In this document: piece after piece, positions 10,072-18,751 of the stretch
Position numbering within the stretch: position 1 is the stretch's first letter
Layout: the number at the start of each line of letters is the position of its first letter
Assembly (NCBI GenBank): GCA_947084965.1
Contig: CAMTUG010000003.1
Coordinates: forward strand, 64,360 to 128,359
DNA: 64,000 nt
Direction: 5' to 3'
Origin: an uncultured Parcubacteria group bacterium
GTDB lineage: Bacteria; Patescibacteriota; Patescibacteriia; UBA9934; CAMTUG01
Program-made: the position numbers and the translations under genes
The notes under the pieces: generated by a model
What the model was told of the DNA's origin: nothing
The model's database searches: none
The model's input: only the letters and a program-made list of their open reading frames with translations

Positions 10072-11037
10072 TTACTTCGGCGGACACTCCTCACGAATGA
10101 TCGTCTGTCTGTACGACTTCATGAGTAGAATGAGAGCGACGATCGCGATCATGACGAGGATCAGGAGCTGCCAAGGGATAACCCAGAAGTTCGTTGATGC
10201 TGTTGTGATCGTGTCGCCGGTGCCGTAGCTCATGACGAGCGTTGCTTGGTATAGGCCTAGGCCGAAGTTGCGCCATTCGTCGACGAGTTCGATGGCATCG
10301 GCCGGGACTTCGTTCTTTTGCCAATGCACAGTGAATTGGCGAGTGGAGTTTGGGAGGACGTATCCGCCCTCGGCGTTGACGGGGATCGTAGCGCTTTCGT
10401 TCCCGAGCATGTTCGTAATATGGATCTCTCCAAACGGGGCGAGATGAGTGGTACCCGCATTTTGGAAGCGAACATCAAAGGTGATAGGGAGCGATGACGT
10501 CGTTTTTGGAGTGGCGGTGAATTCCAGGATCGCTCCTGATTCCGTCGCAGCTCCTTCGACCGAGATGAGAACGAGCGTTCCTATCTTTACCACTGTTGCC
10601 AGTTCGTCCTGTATCCGTGGCAAGGCGGTACTCATGAGGAGACCACCAAAGTAGCTCCCCGGCGTCGTTCCTTCGGGAACACGAATGGTGAAGGCGACGT
10701 AGCGCGTCTCGTCTGGCGCAAGGGTCACAGTCGAACTTTCAAACTCGACCCACGAAGCGATCGATCGTTCGGATTGAACCCCCTCCGATAAAAAGTGAGG
10801 AGTTCCGGTTTCGTCGTCGGCCGCGATGAAGTCCTGTACGGTCGGGTAGAGCGTTTCTGCGACCTCCGTCTCATTGTGTAGTCGTACTGTGCCAGCGATC
10901 TCTTCGCCTGGCTTGACGCTATACTCCATGATCAACGGAGACACAGATAAGGCCTGCGCGGATTGTGTGCCGGCAAAGCAGAGGGCAAGGATCGCCAGAA
11001 CGATAAGTCCGCGTTGTTTTGAGTGGGCTTCGGACAT
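10072..11037 (-). CDS. DUF916/DUF3324-like (WxL-interacting-type) cell-surface protein with C-terminal TM anchor
   Basis: Signal peptide ending AQA-LSVSP; motifs PG..YFGG and F.N.G..H..P.G; FWVIPW followed by a hydrophobic anchor and basic tail. Start chosen at MSEAH. Confidence 0.7.
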   Translation of the reverse strand: MSEAHSKQRGLIVLAILALCFAGTQSAQALSVSPLIMEYSVKPGEEIAGTVRLHNETEVAETLYPTVQDFIAADDETGTPHFLSEGVQSERSIASWVEFESSTVTLAPDETRYVAFTIRVPEGTTPGSYFGGLLMSTALPRIQDELATVVKIGTLVLISVEGAATESGAILEFTATPKTTSSLPITFDVRFQNAGTTHLAPFGEIHITNMLGNESATIPVNAEGGYVLPNSTRQFTVHWQKNEVPADAIELVDEWRNFGLGLYQATLVMSYGTGDTITTASTNFWVIPWQLLILVMIAIVALILLMKSYRQTIIREECPPK

Positions 11038-11148
11038 ACTGTGGACTTGGGCGGCAGGGAGAAAACGTACAAGCATGTGGCGTCTTCTTCCTGCTTTATG
11101 AAGTCCACGGCTCAATGTTCGTCTCTTTGAACGCTGAGCCGTACCCTC

Positions 11149-12087
11149 CTAATAGTTACCGGTGACGACAAAGGTTAGGACGTGCGAGTAAGCACCGCTC
11201 GCTGTGGTGACGCTCGCTGCTGCTTTTAGCGTAAGGAAATCTCGCGAGTCGTAGGATGTATCATTCCTTGTCCCGATCGCCTGGAATGACCCCGTGATCG
11301 CGGTGTCCTCTGTGTCAAAGGTCGAGGTCGCGAGTGAGCCGTCTGACGAGATCGCTCCGTACTCCTCGTTTCCAATATCCACGCTTCCTCCCACCACATC
11401 ATCAATATCGTTCGCTCCAGAAGTGAGATTTTCATCCTCCTGAAGCTGAATTGTGTAGCCGTTTGGACTATCAGCGGTGATGTTCCACCCGATCACTCCG
11501 GTTGAGACTTCGGTTGTTGTGATTTCTCCAAGAGAGACGGATGTTCCGTCAAGAAGGTAGACAGCGTCGTTTGTACCATCGATGACTGGGGCGGTGCCGC
11601 TGTCTGTAAGGGAATCAACGGTCAGTGTATCTGCGTCCTTGGACACAAGCTGTCCGATAGCAGAGACCTGGGCCGCGCCTTCGTCCTGGATGAGGACGAT
11701 GTAGTCACCAACGGTAAAGGCCCCGGTCGCTCCAACTTCGATCGCTGTTCCTGCGTATGAATTGGCAGTTGTCGTCGTCGCAGCCACCTGGGGGAGCAGG
11801 GAATAGGTAAGGACCTGATCCTGAACTCCTTGTCGGTAACCGGCACGCAGGGCGTAGCTGGCGCTGGTTGATGATCCGATCGCGGTGTTACCGATCGTGT
11901 CACGGAGCTGGTAAGAGGCTGAGGAAGAGTCATCGCTTCCGCCAGAGCTAATCGTGTCCCACTCGATCGTGTAGCTGGCTGACGACATGGCGGCAGATAC
12001 GGAACCGGTATTGAAAAGGAGCGCAAGCAAGAGAATGCTGGCGGATAGTGCAAAAAAGGCGTTCTTTTTGTTTTTCCTTACCTGCAT
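11149..12087 (-). CDS. Secreted protein with WxL-like C-terminal domain
   Basis: 312 aa with a signal peptide. The C-terminus SGAYSHVLTFVVTGNY resembles the WxL terminal strand. First gene of the surface operon. Confidence 0.65.
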   Translation of the reverse strand: MQVRKNKKNAFFALSASILLLALLFNTGSVSAAMSSASYTIEWDTISSGGSDDSSSASYQLRDTIGNTAIGSSTSASYALRAGYRQGVQDQVLTYSLLPQVAATTTTANSYAGTAIEVGATGAFTVGDYIVLIQDEGAAQVSAIGQLVSKDADTLTVDSLTDSGTAPVIDGTNDAVYLLDGTSVSLGEITTTEVSTGVIGWNITADSPNGYTIQLQEDENLTSGANDIDDVVGGSVDIGNEEYGAISSDGSLATSTFDTEDTAITGSFQAIGTRNDTSYDSRDFLTLKAAASVTTASGAYSHVLTFVVTGNY

Positions 12088-12181
12088 ACAATTTACCTAG
12101 AACAAATTGTACCATTTTAAGGCGCACAAGTCAATGATTTTTGCTGCTAACTTTAGCTAAAATTTTGGGCTGATCTATAAT

Positions 12182-12346
12182 TGTGTACACCAATTATGTG
12201 GATATCTTGAGTAAATCTTATTAACCACAGGTATTACAGGAGATATCCACTCACGTTATATGTTTGTCTATACTAGTGTTGACAAATATTGATTTTAACT
12301 GTGGACATCTGTCATCGAAGTGTGGAGAAGTCACACTGTGTGCAAA
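12182..12346. promoter_or_regulatory. AT-rich interval with degenerate DnaA-box-like 9-mers
   Basis: TGTGGATAT at 12197, TTAACCACA at 12221 and TGTGGAGAA at 12321 each have one mismatch to TTATCCACA or its complement. Weaker matches are also present. Confidence 0.4.
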
Positions 12347-12362
12347 TGTTTCACGTGAAACA
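12347..12362. promoter_or_regulatory. parS: parS centromere site
   Basis: Perfect palindrome TGTTTCACGTGAAACA, the consensus ParB binding site. Confidence 0.9.
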
Positions 12363-12817
12363 CTCTACGTATCTTTCGGTCTCGCGCCTTGATATTGTTA
12401 ACGGCACCTCCATTGCTCAACATCATGCGCTCAACATACCCTTCACGAATGGTCAGCACGTCACCGGACGAATGCGCTCCGGAAATCTTTCGAAAGGACT
12501 GACGGATTGAGCGTCGACTCTCTTTTTTCGTCGGGATTCGTTACTCCTTCAAGTCGGGTTGGAAGTTAGTGTCCTTTTGTCTGGCTCCCTCCGTCTGCAT
12601 AAATATCTGATGAGAATGGCGGTGCTCCGCGATTCGGATTGTTATACCCAAATGGATTAAGCCGCGGAGCAGGATCATGTCGCGACATTTAAGGCTAAGA
12701 ATCTATCTCACGACGGGATTCTACGAAGCGGTGAGAGGCGACCGCATCACCGATATGAAAATTGCGGATGGCAGATTATATAAAACAAAAATCACCAGGA
12801 TGCCCTGATGAATTTTG

Positions 12818-12893
12818 TGGTGGACTTGAGGGGAGTCGAACCCCTGACCTCTGCAATGCGAATGCAGCGCTCTACCAACTGAGCTACAAGCCC
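12818..12893 (-). tRNA. tRNA-Ala(CGC)
   Basis: GGGCTTGTAGCTCAGTTGGTAGAGC...CTGCA-TTCGCAT-TGCAG...GTTCGACTC...AAGTCCACCA. Confidence 0.95.
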
Positions 12894-12909
12894 ATTATGG
12901 ATCAGCAAA

Positions 12910-12925
12910 TGTTTCACGTGAAACA
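12910..12925. promoter_or_regulatory. parS: parS centromere site
   Basis: Second perfect TGTTTCACGTGAAACA, lying between the two tRNA genes. Confidence 0.9.
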
Positions 12926-12933
12926 TTACTATG

Positions 12934-13009
12934 TGGTGTCCCCGCCACGACTCGAACGTGGATTAGGGGATTAGGAATCCCCGGTTTTATCCCGTTAAAC
13001 TACAGGGAC
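12934..13009 (-). tRNA. tRNA-Arg(CCT)
   Basis: GTCCCTGTAGTTTAACGGGATAAAAC...GGGGA-TTCCTAA-TCCCC...GTTCGAGTC...GGGGACACCA. Confidence 0.93.
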
Positions 13010-13116
13010 AAGTGTCGTAAAATGTACAAGTCAAGTAGTTTCACGTGGTATACTAGGGCTGTGGTCTGTGAACGAGCGCTCGAATTGTAATGGATTGAAG
13101 TACTCAAGTCAACGTT

Positions 13117-14205
13117 ATGAATGAAACATTTCTCAGTGGAATTGTGATCGTCGGGCTCATTGCTGTCATTGCAACAGTCCTTGTTACCCGCAAAAAGAAT
13201 TCGGGGTCTTCAGATGGTTCGCAAAATGTAATGTTGGAGGTGATCGAGGCGTTGCGCAGGGAGTTGCGCGAGGCACAGCAGCACCAGCAGACGCAAACGC
13301 GCGAGCAGCTTGATCATCTCAATGATCAGATGATGCGTTCGCTCACCGGATCACAAAAGATCATCGCCGAAGTAACCGAAAAGTTAACGGCTATCGATCA
13401 GACCAATAAGCAGGTTCTTGATTTTTCCGGCCAGCTGAAAAATCTGCAGAGCATTTTGCAAAATCCAAAGCATCGCGGTGTGCTTGGGGAGTATTGGCTT
13501 GAGACGCTGCTTGGAAATGTTTTGCCACCAGACGCGTACAAGATGCAGTACAAAATTGGTGCTGATGAAGACACGGGCTCACCGCTCATCGCTGACGCAG
13601 CGATCTTTGTGCGCGATCAGATCATTCCGATCGACGCCAAGTTCTCGCTCGAGAACTACAATCGTATGATGGCCGAAGAGGGAAAGGAGGCGCGGGAGCG
13701 ATTTGAAAAAGAACTGAAAGCCGACGTAAAGAAGCGGATCGATGAAACCTCTAAATACATCCGTCCGCAGGACGGCACACTCGGCTTTGCCTTCATGTTT
13801 ATTCCGGCCGAAGGCGTTTACTATAATTTGCTGAACGCCGAAGTTGGCTCATCGATCAACAGCATGAACTTGATTGAGTATGCCTTTGGAAAGCACGTGC
13901 TGATCGTTTCGCCAACGTCATTTTTTGCGTACCTCCAAACCGTGCTGTTGGGACTGCGCGAATTGCAGTTGGAAAAGTCGACGCAAGAAATTTTGAAACG
14001 CGTCACTCTTTTGGGTCGACACATCCATCAGTATTCAGATCTGCACGATCGTATTGGAAAGAATTTAACGACCGTGGTCAATCAATATAATCTGAGTTCC
14101 AAGGAGCTCGAGAAGATCGACGGCGACATTCACAAAATCACGAGTGGGGAGGTTGGTGGGGCGATGATGATCGAAAGTGTTTCCAAGCCTGATGAACAGA
14201 GTTGA
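13117..14205 (+). CDS. rmuC: DNA recombination protein RmuC
   Basis: N-terminal TM and coiled coil; motifs RGVLGEYWLE, IPIDAKF, FAFMFIPAEG and LIVSPTS. Confidence 0.9.
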   Translation: MNETFLSGIVIVGLIAVIATVLVTRKKNSGSSDGSQNVMLEVIEALRRELREAQQHQQTQTREQLDHLNDQMMRSLTGSQKIIAEVTEKLTAIDQTNKQVLDFSGQLKNLQSILQNPKHRGVLGEYWLETLLGNVLPPDAYKMQYKIGADEDTGSPLIADAAIFVRDQIIPIDAKFSLENYNRMMAEEGKEARERFEKELKADVKKRIDETSKYIRPQDGTLGFAFMFIPAEGVYYNLLNAEVGSSINSMNLIEYAFGKHVLIVSPTSFFAYLQTVLLGLRELQLEKSTQEILKRVTLLGRHIHQYSDLHDRIGKNLTTVVNQYNLSSKELEKIDGDIHKITSGEVGGAMMIESVSKPDEQS

Positions 14206-14247
14206 TCCCACTCCTGCCCCGTGATAGTCTCCGCTCTGGAGGCTTAC

Positions 14248-15189
14248 ATGACCCAGCCCTTTAACCTGCAGCGACTGTGTGTCCCGTCGGACGAAGCTCG
14301 CCGGACGGCGAGGCACGAGCTGACCCTCTCGATGATTCGGGTGGGGTTCACTCGCCTCGTCGATCATGGCGTTGATTCGGCGCTCGTCGAGCGCGTGCGA
14401 TGGATCACGTCTCAACTCTACACCCTGCCCGAAGCGGTGCTTCTCGCCTGTGATGGCCGGCCATTCGACGTCCAGCGCGGCTACGGACCCATCGGCACCG
14501 AAGCCTACGAAGGACAGAAGCTCGAGCTGAAGCGGATGTTCTCGGTCGGCGACTACCCGGGTGAGCACCCGCTCTACGGGAGCTACCCACTCTTCTGGCC
14601 GCTCGATCCTGCCGATCTCGTGGAGGTCATGCGTCTCTACGATGCGCTTCTCGAGATCGCCATCCTGCTGACCCGGGCGATCGTCATCGATCTCGGGCTC
14701 CCTCCGGACGACTTCATGCGTCCCTCGGAACGGACCGACTCGGTCTTCCGCCTGCTCGAGAATCCGGCGCTTCCCGAGGACGCTACCACAGCATCGTTCT
14801 GTCGCAACAACCGACACGTCGATTCCGGGATGCTGACCGTGATGGTTCCGGCGACCGTCCCCGGACTGGTGGTCGAAGGATCTGACGGCGTGGCTCGGCA
14901 GTTCGGCTGCGAAGGGGGCGAACTCGTGGTGAACACGGGGCGACTCCTCGAGCTGATGCTCGCGGCTCGGCGCGCGGAGATCGACCGTGAACGCTTCCCG
15001 GTTCTCCCGACCGCCCGCCCGCACTGGGTCGAGATCGTCCCGGGCCACACCGGTGCCCGCAACTCTTTCCCGTTCTTCCTTTGGCCCGACCCGCACCGCC
15101 CGATCGGTGACGGTCGGTGCGCCTGGGAACACCTGCGGGACGAACTCACCCGCCACAAGACCCGCCAGCAGGTTCGCGTCTCCTCATGA
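14248..15189 (+). CDS. 2-oxoglutarate/Fe(II)-dependent dioxygenase, isopenicillin-N-synthase-like family
   Basis: GFTRLVDHGV, QRGYGP, HVDSGMLT (HxD), PHWV (distal His) and RNSFPFF (RxS). GGAGG lies upstream of ATG 14248. GC-rich. Confidence 0.85.
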   Translation: MTQPFNLQRLCVPSDEARRTARHELTLSMIRVGFTRLVDHGVDSALVERVRWITSQLYTLPEAVLLACDGRPFDVQRGYGPIGTEAYEGQKLELKRMFSVGDYPGEHPLYGSYPLFWPLDPADLVEVMRLYDALLEIAILLTRAIVIDLGLPPDDFMRPSERTDSVFRLLENPALPEDATTASFCRNNRHVDSGMLTVMVPATVPGLVVEGSDGVARQFGCEGGELVVNTGRLLELMLAARRAEIDRERFPVLPTARPHWVEIVPGHTGARNSFPFFLWPDPHRPIGDGRCAWEHLRDELTRHKTRQQVRVSS

Positions 15190-15201
15190 TCCTGCTCCCT
15201 A

Positions 15202-15243
15202 AGACCGCGCCTCCCACTTCTCGGGCGGCGCGGAGTCTGTTTA
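15202..15243 (+). terminator. GC-rich bulged hairpin after the dioxygenase gene (ACT-loop family)
   Basis: AGAC-CGCGCC-T-CCC-ACTTCTC-GGG-C-GGCGCG-GA-GTCT-GTTT. Confidence 0.6.
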
Positions 15244-15289
15244 TTGACAGACCGATAGTTGGGCACTAGTCTCTGTTTGGGAGGTACTT

Positions 15290-15916
15290 ATGTTTGGATG
15301 GAAGCCAGAAGTTCCGCAACTGGTCATCGCGGGTGGGCCCGGTTCGGGGAAGGACAAGGTGATCGCTCGCATCCTCGCTACCTACCCGGGGGCGTTCCAC
15401 GTCCTCGGGGAGACCGCCGGGATGTTCATCCGCGCCCACGCTCTCGAGCCGCCGTTCCTCGGCGAAGACCTGAGCGTCTGGCAGAAGGCGATCGCCGCCG
15501 CCCAGCACGCCGCCGAAGAGATGGGGCAGATCATGGCCCGCCGCAAGAACGCGCTCGTTCTCTGCAACCGCGGTCGGCCGGACGGCGCTGGCTACATCGA
15601 CGGAGGGATCGATCACTTCCTGACCTTCGTCGGTGGAACCCTCTCGGACCACCTCGATCCCTACGACATGGTCATCTTCCTCGACACCCCGGACGAGGAG
15701 ATCTACGTCTCGACCACTGCGCCCGGGGCGGATGGGTACAATCCCGACCGCTTCGAGACGCACGAACAGGCTGTCCACCGTGCTCTTCGCCTGAAGGCGA
15801 TCTGGACGCTCCACCCGGACTGTCGTGTCGTTCCGGCGATGCCGACGATCGAACGGAAGTTCGAGGGAGTCGCCGGCCACATCGATGAGTTCCTGCGTCG
15901 TCACGGCAGGAACTGA
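15290..15916 (+). CDS. P-loop NTPase/kinase, AAA_28 (NadR-like) family
   Basis: Walker A GGPGSGK, then LCNRGRPDG and YDMVIFL. Upstream are TTGACA-17-TAGTCT and GGAGG. Confidence 0.75.
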   Translation: MFGWKPEVPQLVIAGGPGSGKDKVIARILATYPGAFHVLGETAGMFIRAHALEPPFLGEDLSVWQKAIAAAQHAAEEMGQIMARRKNALVLCNRGRPDGAGYIDGGIDHFLTFVGGTLSDHLDPYDMVIFLDTPDEEIYVSTTAPGADGYNPDRFETHEQAVHRALRLKAIWTLHPDCRVVPAMPTIERKFEGVAGHIDEFLRRHGRN

Positions 15917-16037
15917 CCTCACAGATCACGCGTTGGCCGCTCTGGTACTCAGGGCGGCTTCGACGTTAGTGGGCCCAGCATTTGCAGAGATTTTTGATCA
16001 TTGCTAGGGTGGACGCGTCCCCAACCCGGAGCCTTTC

Positions 16038-17093
16038 ATGTCCACCCTCCGCCTGCGCAACATCGACCTCACGCCGATCACGCTCTCCGCGCACAGCGGG
16101 GAGGCCAGCGACAGGGTTGCTCACCGCGTCGTCGATTCCCTCGTCGAGACCGGGGCCGTCGTCGTCCGGAGCCCATTTGTCCAAGACGGCGACAATACGA
16201 GCTACCTCAAGATGCTCGAAGGCTACTGCGGCCGCTCCCAGGAAGAGCTCCGTGCTGACGAGCGCCCCGAAGCCTTCCGTCAGGTGGGGATCACCCTTCC
16301 CGGCGGCGAGGACTTCCACCTGAGCCAGCACTTCCGTGATCAGCTCGGCTGTCGGATGCTGACCGGCGATCGGGCGCCCTACCCCTGTGACGGAGCGAAT
16401 CTCCACATGCGCTTCTTCTGGCGCCACGGCGAGCGTCGTCACAGCCGCCTCTTCCCGCAGTCGCACGCGGACCCCGTGATCCCCGCCGGGATCCCTGAGT
16501 GGGAAGCGACGATGACCGGCTGGGGCAACAAGATGTACGCTTCGGGCGAGCTTCTGATGCGCCACGTCGAGCGCGGACTGGGTGTCACTCCCGGCTCCCT
16601 CGTCGAGATGCTCCGCTTCGGCCCGCATCTCGTCGCCCCGACCGCGATCGATCTCGCCGGCCTGCCTCTCGGGACGGTCACGAGCGATGTGCACACCGAC
16701 TTCAACCCGCTGACCCTCCACGGAGCTGCGGCGTACTCGACGCTCGTCTGCTGGACCAAGGGCGGGCTTCCGTTCCTGGTCCGCGTCCCGCCCGGATGTC
16801 TGCTCGTCCAAGCCGGCGTCGGTCTCGAGTGGATGACCGGTGGGGCGATCAAGGCCGGCTACCACCAGACGGTCGTCCTGCCCGAGACGATCCGGCAGAT
16901 CGAGACGCTCGCTCCCGGGCGCTCGACCATTCGCGCGTCGAGCACCTTCTTCCTTCACTTCGACTGGGAGGCGACGCTCCAGGTTCTCCCCGAGCTTCGC
17001 TACCCCGGCTGCGACGATCTCTACACGTCGATGCTCGTCGGCGACCACGCCCTCCAGGTCATCCGGGCGATCGGTCTGGCCAAGCAACGCTGA
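16038..17093 (+). CDS. Second 2OG/Fe(II) dioxygenase, IPNS-like family
   Basis: HTDFNPLTLHG, LLVQAGVGLEWMTGGAIKAGYHQTVV and RASSTFFLH. Confidence 0.85.
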   Translation: MSTLRLRNIDLTPITLSAHSGEASDRVAHRVVDSLVETGAVVVRSPFVQDGDNTSYLKMLEGYCGRSQEELRADERPEAFRQVGITLPGGEDFHLSQHFRDQLGCRMLTGDRAPYPCDGANLHMRFFWRHGERRHSRLFPQSHADPVIPAGIPEWEATMTGWGNKMYASGELLMRHVERGLGVTPGSLVEMLRFGPHLVAPTAIDLAGLPLGTVTSDVHTDFNPLTLHGAAAYSTLVCWTKGGLPFLVRVPPGCLLVQAGVGLEWMTGGAIKAGYHQTVVLPETIRQIETLAPGRSTIRASSTFFLHFDWEATLQVLPELRYPGCDDLYTSMLVGDHALQVIRAIGLAKQR

Positions 17094-17110
17094 GAGTTCT
17101 CATCATCAAT

Positions 17111-17154
17111 CGAAAACCGCGCCTCTCGTTACTCGAGTGGCGCGGCTTCGTTTT
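17111..17154 (+). terminator. GC-rich bulged hairpin (ACT-loop family)
   Basis: CGAA-AA-CCGCGCC-T-CTCG-TTACT-CGAG-T-GGCGCGG-C-TTCG-TTTT. Confidence 0.65.
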
Positions 17155-17419
17155 ATTTTCCGAGTTTGTTGACCGCGATCATCATGCGGGATTTGAGGCG
17201 GGCAGCGGTGTTTTTCTTCATCACCTTTTTGCCGGCCGCTTTGTCCATCTTGGTTGCGAGGGACTGAGCGAGCTTTTTTGCTTCCTCAATCTTCTTGTCT
17301 TTGATCGCTACCTTCAGGTGGCGGCGGAGCGAGGTGATCTCGTCCTTGACCGTTTTGTTGCGGAGAGCGCGTTTGACGCTCTGGCGCAACGCTTTTTTGG
17401 CGTTTGCTAGATTTGGCAT
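17153..17419 (-). CDS. rpsT: 30S ribosomal protein S20
   Basis: MPNLANAKKALRQSVKR...DKAAGKKVMKKNTAARLKSR. Confidence 0.97.
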   Translation of the reverse strand: MPNLANAKKALRQSVKRALRNKTVKDEITSLRRHLKVAIKDKKIEEAKKLAQSLATKMDKAAGKKVMKKNTAARLKSRMMIAVNKLGK

Positions 17420-17437
17420 ATAGAAAGTGCTGGAAGA

Positions 17438-18406
17438 TTACACGAGAAGTCGGCTGACCGTCAAGTCCACCGCCGTTTCCGGGTCGATTTGTCCGAGTTT
17501 TAGGCTCCGGTCGAACTGATAGAGCGTTTCATGGGCCGTTTTGAGGTTTTCTGCGGTGAATCGACGGGCCTGCTCCAGCGACTTCTGGGCGACGAACGGA
17601 TGAAGGCCCATGGCATCGGCCAAGTCCTGTTTTGATGCTTGTGGATTTTCGTCGAGCAGCGATCGGGCTCCGAGGAGGATACGGACCTGGCGGGTGAGCA
17701 TGCTAAACAGATACATCTCTTCGGCACCGCTCTGACGTTCTTCATCTAAAAGACGAAGGGCGCCCTTCACATCCTTCCGACTGACGGCGTCGACAAACAC
17801 AAAGATCTGATCTTCAAAGTTGGCCGAGACCATTTCAGAAATGAGCTTCTTAGAAATTGCCTCTCGAGAGGCAGATGTTCGAGCGACGAGTTTTTCGAGT
17901 TCCCCACTCATTCTCCATAAATCTCCCCCAACCCGCATCACCAATTCCTGCACCGCATCACGATCAATCGTACCACCGAGTGATTTTACGCGATCTTCAA
18001 TCCATTTTGAAAGCGCAGACCCTGTAAGTGCAGGGAACGGATAGTGATGGACGTCGCTCACGCCCTTTAGCGCTTTAAACAATTCTGCTTTCTCCACTTT
18101 TTCCGGCTCTGCCGATTCCCAAAAAATAACGATCGTTGATTCTGGCGTAGAAGAAAATCCTTCAACCCATGCCTTGGCGTCTGCCTTCTTCGTGGTCGCC
18201 ACCAAATCGCGCACCACAGCCATGCGCTTCTCGCCCATGAACGGCGCGGACGTCACTGCCTCCATTACGTCGCCGATTGCGGCCTTCGCATCAAACCGAA
18301 CCATGTTCATCCCCGCCGGGTCGAACTTGTCTTTGAATCGCGCCTCCATCTCGCGCACTTTCTCCTGCACCCGAAAGGTGTCGTTGCCGTAAACGAAGAT
18401 TAACAT
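17438..18406 (-). CDS. holA: DNA polymerase III delta subunit
   Basis: MLIFVYGND, PFMGEKR, GGDLWRMSGELEKL and HPFVAQK; conserved position next to rpsT. Confidence 0.9.
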   Translation of the reverse strand: MLIFVYGNDTFRVQEKVREMEARFKDKFDPAGMNMVRFDAKAAIGDVMEAVTSAPFMGEKRMAVVRDLVATTKKADAKAWVEGFSSTPESTIVIFWESAEPEKVEKAELFKALKGVSDVHHYPFPALTGSALSKWIEDRVKSLGGTIDRDAVQELVMRVGGDLWRMSGELEKLVARTSASREAISKKLISEMVSANFEDQIFVFVDAVSRKDVKGALRLLDEERQSGAEEMYLFSMLTRQVRILLGARSLLDENPQASKQDLADAMGLHPFVAQKSLEQARRFTAENLKTAHETLYQFDRSLKLGQIDPETAVDLTVSRLLV

Positions 18407-18423
18407 ATACAATCAACAGAATT

Positions 18424-18744
18424 ATGACAGAGCTTCAACGAAAAGTCATCGAAGTTGTGCGGAAGATTCCCACAGGCAAGGTCATGAGCTACGGCCAAGT
18501 GGCCCGGGTGATTGGGATGCCGCGCGGGGCGAGGCAGGTGGGTTGGGTGTTGCGGTCGATGGGAGAAGCCTCGGAATGTCCATGGTGGCGAGTGGTCAAC
18601 AACGAAGGAAGGATCACCATCAAAGGAAACAAGCACCACGGCCCACTTGAACAAAGACGCCGGCTCGTTGCCGAGGGCGTCCTTGTCTCCGATCAGTTCA
18701 GTTTTGATATTGAAGCGTACCGTCATCTTTCCTCTAACCTCTAA
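18424..18744 (+). CDS. Alkyltransferase-like (ATL/MGMT-family) DNA-binding protein
   Basis: IPTGKVMSYGQVA and ARQVGW; PWWRVV replaces the catalytic PCHRV motif. Confidence 0.88.
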   Translation: MTELQRKVIEVVRKIPTGKVMSYGQVARVIGMPRGARQVGWVLRSMGEASECPWWRVVNNEGRITIKGNKHHGPLEQRRRLVAEGVLVSDQFSFDIEAYRHLSSNL

Positions 18745-18751
18745 CCTTTTT

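Noticed and set aside
12330-12600. Minus-strand frame MQTEGARQ...LKE*RIPTKKESRR... as a pseudogene or readthrough gene
   Set aside because: It has no recognisable homology and runs through a parS site, so it cannot be supported.
14065-17410. Long antisense or alternate-frame ORFs over the GC-rich genes (also 22370-23422 and 60635-61588)
   Set aside because: They are expected by-products of high GC3 codon bias, and the sense frames carry the motifs or expression signals.
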